A stretch of DNA of 64,000 nucleotides from Octopus vulgaris (lineage: Eukaryota): the NCBI GenBank assembly GCA_951406725.2, contig OX597835.1, positions 44,702,001 through 44,766,000 of the forward strand, in the 5' to 3' direction. A program made the translations under genes and the position numbers. Below, piece by piece: positions 54,568 through 64,000 of the stretch (position 1 is its first letter; each line of letters starts with the position of its first letter). Under the pieces are notes generated by a model that saw only the letters and a list, made by a program, of their open reading frames with translations, was not told the DNA's origin and did no database searches.

Positions 54568-54641
54568 TAGTCAAGATAAAACTCTAAGTTTCAGATACCG
54601 AAGTGGAAATCCACGACACCATCTCTTCGGTTATCTGGCCA
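54568..54641 (-). ncRNA. Type I hammerhead-like motif (CCGAAGA variant) in a ~170-bp insert between (TA)n tracts
   Basis: Minus strand AGAUAA-CCGAAGA-GAU..GUGGA/UCCAC..AUC-U-GAAAC-UUAGA-GUU-UUAUCU. Helix I is AGAUAA/UUAUCU. Confidence 0.55.
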
Positions 54642-54667
54642 TCTATCTATATATATATATGTATATA

Positions 54668-54717
<50 letters not shown>

Positions 54718-54813
54718 GTTGCCTTCACCAAAACTAATCAACAATTCCATGCCTCTGATTATTTCGTACAGGACAGGAATTCAAACGTGAAGTTAAACAG
54801 GGTCATTTCATAC

Positions 54814-54891
<78 letters not shown>

Positions 54892-55249
54892 ACACACACA
54901 CAAAAGCAAATACTCATATACACATAAAAACGTTGCCATAGATTCAATGAGATTATAATTAGTGAAAGAAAATTTGAATGAGATCTTCCTTTCGGCGAAT
55001 TAAGATGTTTTCCGTGAAGGGAAAAAGGGAAAAAGGACGCTGCGTCTTAAGATATATACAGCGTATAGGAGCGATGTGCACACGATATCATTTATGTGTA
55101 TGTGTGTATATGTGTGTGTATGAGTGAGTGAGAGAGAGAGAGAGAGACAGGGAGGAAGACTCAGAGAATGGGAGAGAGTGTGAGTTTATTATTCTGCAAT
55201 CTACTAAAGGCTTCAGTAACACAATAAATATATAATTATATAGACACAC

Positions 55250-57270
<2,021 letters not shown>

Positions 57271-58124
57271 AGTGTGTCAGAAAATGGAATGTGTGTCTCA
57301 GAGTGAAAGTATGACGGATGTAAATAAACACCAGAATGTAAACAAATATAAAATATGAGTCCAAAAATTGATTACCTCCTCAGATGGGCGCGATACTGTT
57401 TATTCGATAATTAAAACTGATAAGCCTTTACTTGGAGTATGAAATATTCGATGAATATATTTCAATATTATAACTAGTTGTGGGTAAATGTAATTCATAT
57501 TTCAAAGAAAATCGTTCAAGGTAACCACTGTATTCATTGTTTTATGAGTTACCCCGTCCCGTATTGAACCACAGTATTAGTATATCTGTCTTTCCTGGAT
57601 AAATCATTTTTCTGCACGTATTTGATGACAGTTCGATGCTAAATTTATCCATTTCCAAGTGAAGTCGCTACTATTTACGTTTGAAATCTTTCAACAATCA
57701 GAAGTCGGTTTCCCTGAACAGATGTAAGGAAGTTACTAATCAAATGAGTCGAAATTAATGCATGAAAGATCTCACAGCAGCAGCGTCACACCTTTTTTAG
57801 TCACCCTGTGTAGTTTTCATCCTTTACTCGTAAAGACTAAAGGTAAGCGATATGCACAGAGACTATCGAAAAGAAAGAAAGAACGAGCAATAATGACCAA
57901 CTTGCTACTATCATTGCAGAATAGAAGTTGACAATATAGGCGTCCATTTTTAATATAGCTTTCTTGATACAGAAATTGCTTTTGCACATATCTGTCCGTA
58001 CGCAGTCTTGTAAAGAAAGAAATTAAGTGGTCGTAACCTCTGTAGTTTTCTAACGGAAATTAATGTACACGTATATACGTAAGAATTATATTTAATTGAT
58101 GTCGACAATAGTATATCACGATGC

Positions 58125-58188
<64 letters not shown>

Positions 58189-58276
58189 GTATATATACAT
58201 GTGTATGCATATATATATAATATATATATATGTGTGTGTGTATGTGTATGTGTATATATATATGCATATATATGTC

Positions 58277-58317
<41 letters not shown>

Positions 58318-58689
58318 TTATTTTATTTTATTTTATTTTATTTTATCTAGTTTCAGCTCACGAGCTGTGGCCATATATTTATATGTATATATGTGTGTAT
58401 ATATATATATATATATGCACACACACTGGCACACACACACACACAAAAAACACAAACGCACAGACACCCACAGACACACACATGCACACAGACATACGCG
58501 CTTCTATACATTTATTCGTTTTTAAGGAACAAGAGCAATGTTTCTTAATTCATATTGCACAATACGATTCCTTTCTCAACTCATATTGTACAATATGATT
58601 ACATTTATTCGTCTAATGCTCTTCCTCTTGAATTCTAAGTAGTTAATTAGTTAATTAGTTAATTACCTTGATTAATATTTTACAGTTTA

Positions 58690-59700
58690 ATAAAAGAAAA
58701 TCCCCAATCCTTTGGAGATGGCGGTGGAAACGTAGTACTTCATTCGTTGATTCAGTTGGACTGAATCACAAGTTTGGGCCAGTAATTTCTGGTGAGAATA
58801 TTTTACTTCAAGGAATGGTATTTTTGCTTGATTTAGGATCAGTATTTTCATGCGTTTTTGATATTTTCCATCTCGCAATCGGAGGCAATCATGCTATTAG
58901 AAGTAGTTTTTGGTTTTGATTTGATATTTCACGTCGAATTTTTTAGAAACATTTGAATCATCAAGGTTTTTAACCATCTCACATTTCTATAATCGGTGAT
59001 GCTGATATATTTTTGAAGGCTTCTTTAAATGAAACCATAACGAGAGAAGATTTTCTCCTCTCTTCCTCAAGAATCGGTCAAAATGCGTTGTTCATTCTAA
59101 CATAGCTTCCAGTAGCTGCCTGGGGCCTTTTATGGGATTTTCTTTAATGCTACTTTACTTCATCGAATCACTGTGGCTGGTTGTTGTTGTTTTGTTTCCT
59201 TTTCGTTCATAATATGGAAGTATTCCGAACACCATGAATTGTACTTCGTCAGTCTTCAGAAAATGCTGTTTTTAATTCGCAGGATACACGCTTTTTCCAG
59301 TACAGTCGACCAATCGGAGATTTTGTTCGGATATTATTTCTTACCTTTTACAAAGAACCTAGTCGTCAATTGCAATCTGGATGAGTTTTCTGTCTGGCTA
59401 CAGGCACGGTTTGCTGCTGCTCGGATGTCGTATCTGATAATCATAACAAAATGCGGCCGTGCGTAGTTGAAATGGCTACAACTTCACCGTGCGTTTGGCA
59501 TCCAAACTATGAGGCGAATTACCCCAATTCTTCTTTATATGTTTTTCACGTTTGGTGTCATTTGTTTGTTTATTTCCTGGGTTCCTGCAGGTCATTTATA
59601 CAGGTGCGGAAATGAGTGGTTGTTAACAATATCAATTAGTAGTGGGCAGTTTTGTGGTATATTTCTTCGTTCTGTGATTGGTTAGCTAACCACCTATTAA
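58690..59700 (-). mobile_element. Possible very old LINE (APE/RT) remnant
   Basis: Frameshifted minus-strand pieces (TIP*SKIFS.., NHSFPH..) faintly resemble RT domain 1-2 and late endonuclease motifs. Confidence 0.3.
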
Positions 59701-60242
59701 TGACCTTGTCTGCAATGAGCTGTATGATAGGGAAGAGTAGATTTATGCTTCTATTTTTCTATATTCTTTGGATTTTAAAGTTTACTGTTGCATGACATTC
59801 CGTAATTGTATTTATTGTAATATGCAAATTGAATTGCTTAACATTTCTGGTAAGGTTCATCTAGTACACGTGCCACGTTCATGGTGCTTGATACAGTAAA
59901 CCTGTCCGTAAGGGTCTCTTCTAATGAATCTAGTTCTGCATCTCGGTATGTACAGGACGTAGACTATAACAAAGTACAGAACGCTATTGTAGTGAAGCGC
60001 AAACAACGGTTGGAATAAAAAGTAAATTACTGTTATATTATTCCAGAAGGATTTGCCAACAGCAATTTCTCTGCATGCATTATAATATTAGATTAGGCTT
60101 CAGCTCATTATAGCACTCCACGTTTTTACGAACATTTAAGCTATCAGAAGAAATTTTTCCGTGAGATGAATATCAGACTGGCACAAATTCTACCATAAAA
60201 TTCATTTTAGAAAACAATTATCCCTCAAAGCCCTGCTGCAGT

Positions 60243-60625
60243 GGAAGCACTCCGTCGGTTACGACGATGAGGGTTCCGGTTGATCCGAATCAACGGAACA
60301 GCCTGTTCGTGAAATTAACGTGTAAGTGGCTGAGCACTCCACAGACACGTGCACCCTTAACGTAGTTCTCGGGGATATTCAGCGTGACACAGAGAGTGAC
60401 AAGGCCGGCCCCTTGAAATACAGGTACAACAGAAACAGGAAGTAAGAGTGAGAGAAAGTTGTGGTGAAAGAGTACAGCAGGGATCACAACCATCCCCTGC
60501 CGGAGCCCCGTGGAGCTTTTAGGTGTTTTCGCTCAATAAACACTCACAACGCCCGGTCTGGGAATCGAAACCGCGATCCTATGACCGCGAGTCCGCTGCC
60601 CTAACCACTGGGCCATTGCGCCTCC
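60243..60625 (-). mobile_element. SINE family A, full length
   Basis: Reverse complement of family A. TSD CCTGCTGCAGT at 60232-60242 and 60624-60634 overlaps the GG head by microhomology. Confidence 0.94.
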
Positions 60626-61369
60626 TGCTGCAGTAGAGTTGCACTGTGTTAATTTTGAAGAACCTGTTATATTCATTCCTATTTCCATTTTCATTCTGTT
60701 ACTAAAATCATAATTTCTATAAACTGTGAAATTACTCTTGTAGTGCTTTTATCTTTTGTGAAAACTCTGTTTCGCTCTAGATTTTCTAAACGGACACATA
60801 TATTTGGATATGTCGCTAGAATGTTCGAATCATCGTTCACTACAGCGCATGTATTTGAAACACTGTACGAGGCTTTTGTTACATTATTTAAAACTAATCG
60901 GTTGCAGGGTTTCTATAAAATACGGAAAGAATTGATTTACTTTTGTTGATAGGAATTGCCAAAATTCATGTAAAGCATAAACTTATCGGTCATCAATGTA
61001 TTAGGCGCGGTATCTAGGGTAAAGAATTCTGTTCATTAATAATTAATAGGCAGCAAACAATTGAACCAGAGGAGGAATTGTAGACAAAGGACTCGCTGCC
61101 TTCGTTGATCGATGCATCTAGGAGCAATGTTTCGTAAAAACATGAAGAAGTGACAAATATCATGAACCGAATAAACATACACATATATAGACTTACAAAA
61201 AACATATGCGATTTTATATATGTATATATCTATATGTATATATTTATATAAAGGTATGTGTGTGTATACATCTATATTCGTGTCTACATACGCAAATACG
61301 GGCACACACATATACACATACACATACACAACATATATCTATCTATCTATCTATCTATCTATCTGTCTG

Positions 61370-61422
<53 letters not shown>

Positions 61423-61454
61423 ACATACATACATATATATATATACACACATAC

Positions 61455-61527
<73 letters not shown>

Positions 61528-62023
61528 ACTTATACCTTTCGAGTGTACGTGGTAAATCGTCAGACACTCTACCTGAAATAGAAATTTTAGCCCGGAGGAA
61601 ATATATTTTAATAGATATATTCATTTACAGAAACTGAGAAATTGATTATGTCATATATATCTCTTCGAGTTGGGCCTCAACATTTACTTAAGACACGATA
61701 CAGAAAAGAAATGAATAACAAAATGAATTTGTATATTATTCATACATACATATATATATATGTACATATATGTATGTATGTATGTATGTATATATGTATG
61801 TATGTATGTATGTATATATGTATGTGTGTATGAATGTATGTATGTATGTATGTATGTATGTATGTATGTATGTATGTATGTATGTATGTATGTATGTATG
61901 TATGTATGTATGCATGTATGTATGTATGCATGTCTGTATGTATATATATATGTATAAATATATATATATATATATATCTACGCACACACATACATACATA
62001 TATATATATGTCTACACACACAC

Positions 62024-62103
<80 letters not shown>

Positions 62104-62464
62104 GGAGAGATAGAGAGAGAGAGAGTGACAGATATTACATTATATTACATCAAAAAAATTTGGATGTACTTATTGCTTTAAGATATGAAGTAAATTTCAT
62201 TCAAATTGTAAAGATATGATTTTTATATAATTTTTTTCTAATTAAATGGCTAAATGCTGTTATATTTCGTTCTTTATCTTGCCGTACTCGCATTTGTTAC
62301 AAACCTTCTGTTATTTAAGTATTATTTAAGAGCGAAGAAAACGTATTTGACAATTTTGTTTCTGACTCACTAAAATCATGTTTTTTTTTCTTCTCAGCTG
62401 TGCAGAAAATTGTTTATAAGATTCCCTGTTTACTGTCTCCCACACATAATATGTATGCGTCCGT

Positions 62465-62665
62465 GGGGTGCCACGTAAAACCCTCTACCACAACCCCTGT
62501 ACAGTGGTTGGCGTTAGGGAGAGCATCCAGCCGTAGAAACCATGCCAAATCAGACTGGTGCCTTCTGCAGCTACCCAGCTTTCCCGCTTTGCTGAAACCG
62601 TCCAACCCATGCCATCATGGACACCGAACATTAAATGATGATAATGATGATGATGATGATGTATA
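62465..62665 (+). mobile_element. 5'-truncated SINE/LINE 3' end, family E, with (GAT)n tail
   Basis: GGCGTTAGGGAGAGCATCCAGCCGTAGAAACCATGCC...AAACCGTCCAACCCATGCCATCATGG...TAAATGATGAT, a simple-repeat tail typical of RTE-partnered SINEs. Confidence 0.65.
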
Positions 62666-62699
62666 TGATTAATTAAATTAGAGGTTCTTTATCGTTTAC

Positions 62700-63600
62700 A
62701 GTTTATTCCTCAATGTAGAACTTTGTAAAGTAGGTTTCTCTTTTGTAAACGTGTTAAGAGTAGGTTGTTGCTCTTCGTATTATTGGTTTAAATCCATTTG
62801 AATCGAAAATGTAAAGGTCAAATATACAAAGCGCTGTATTTGAGCACTTAGTAATTGGATGTGTCGACATTTTATTCACAAAAGAACGTAGGTTGGTGGC
62901 AAATTTCGGTTGGTCGTTTCTTTACTTGATGTTATTGTTATTTAGAGAATTTTATGTTTTCAATTTATGTTAGGCGTTATTAGTCAGGCATGTCGAAGCT
63001 TTGTTAATATCGTAAATTGTTTCTCTCCAGTTTTGATGTTCACAAAGGTACTTGAGTAAAGGTTTTATGTCAATACGTTTCTTTCTAGGTGTTCATTATT
63101 CTAGAGGCAATTTGTTTAGTATAGAAGGATTTTAATCTCCGTGATTTATGGAAGTCGAGTTTGTTTGCTGATTGTTTAGAAATTACTTCAAATTCTCGTC
63201 TACATATATGCAAAGGTCAGGTTGTTATACAAGGTGTGTATATATTCATATATCAAAATTGGAACAGAAGTGAAATACAATTTTAAAATAGACAAAATAA
63301 GAAAAAGAAACGAGGTCTTTCGCTTTGCTTGCATAGATTTGTTCATGCGTGTGTATGTAGACTTGTGTTATATTAGTAAAATCTGTTTGTGTTTGTATTG
63401 GTTGTAAATAGGAGAATTATAAGATAATTCGAGAGTACTCTTTTAGTGTAAAGGTGTAATAGAGTTTTATTTTATATTATGGGGGCGGTTTATTGTGTAC
63501 GTATAGGTGGATGCGGGGAGTCGGTGAGATATGAAAAATATTAGCCGTTATGAAAATTTATTGGTTTAAAGTGTTTTAGTGCTTTTTAAGATTTTGTGTT
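62700..63600 (-). mobile_element. Possible heavily decayed Penelope-like ORF remnant
   Basis: Minus-strand pieces FKPINFH...SP.HP and ITKCSNTALCIFDL resemble the PLE thumb and Cys-linker. Many stops. Confidence 0.35.
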
Positions 63601-64000
63601 TGCCCGAAGAGTTTCGTTTACATTTGAAAGTCCAAAAGGCATGAATAAATTCTAAACAATAACAAAACCGTAAATTCAATCAATAAATACTCCTGCAAAA
63701 CACCTCACCATTAGAATCAACCCTCAAATCCTAATTACCATTCCCCCCAAATCCACACACCCAAGGATTAGTTTAACTCAACAGAAACTATATTCGATGA
63801 AATGATGAGGACCTCTACAATAACTATTCCAGCAGACACTGTACCGCTAGTTCAGGAATGCGGTCGCATGATCTGACATGCAAGATTAAGCGCAGATAAC
63901 GAAGTTAGACTTGCGTCTGAGCCTTGATGTCCCTGCGGTACAGGAATTTTTAATTCTGTTGCAGGCATTGCCATGGAATCTCCGTAGCCGCTTCTCGAGG

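Noticed and set aside
61525-61570. Minus-strand CUGACGA...GAAA as another hammerhead
   Set aside because: The only good helix (GAGUGU/ACACUC) closes before GAAA, and no helix III or NUH site fits the topology.

Overview
AT-rich, microsatellite-saturated eukaryotic non-coding DNA (intron or intergenic). The SINE repertoire and repeat landscape suggest an octopod cephalopod (Octopus sp.); this is pattern recognition, not a database result. I can support no intact host protein-coding gene, and nearly all listed ORFs are translations of (TA)n, (AAT)n, (CA)n or (TCTA)n tracts. The window holds at least four SINE families (several copies with clean 11-15 bp TSDs). It also holds decayed LINEs (RTE, R4/Dong with an RLE domain), Penelope-like RT and GIY-YIG fragments, Tc1/mariner and pogo/Tigger relics and MITEs. 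The most interesting signal is a set of small non-coding Penelope-like/retrozyme-like elements, mostly in (TA)n tracts, that carry hammerhead-ribozyme motifs at 10608-10656 (+), 43025-43066 (-, circularly permuted), 50933-51053 (-) and 54568-54641 (-). One is a ~1 kb element with ~125 bp direct terminal repeats (42765-43773). Two long fold-back palindromes lie at 10.0-10.7 kb. All folds and translations were done by eye and need computational confirmation.
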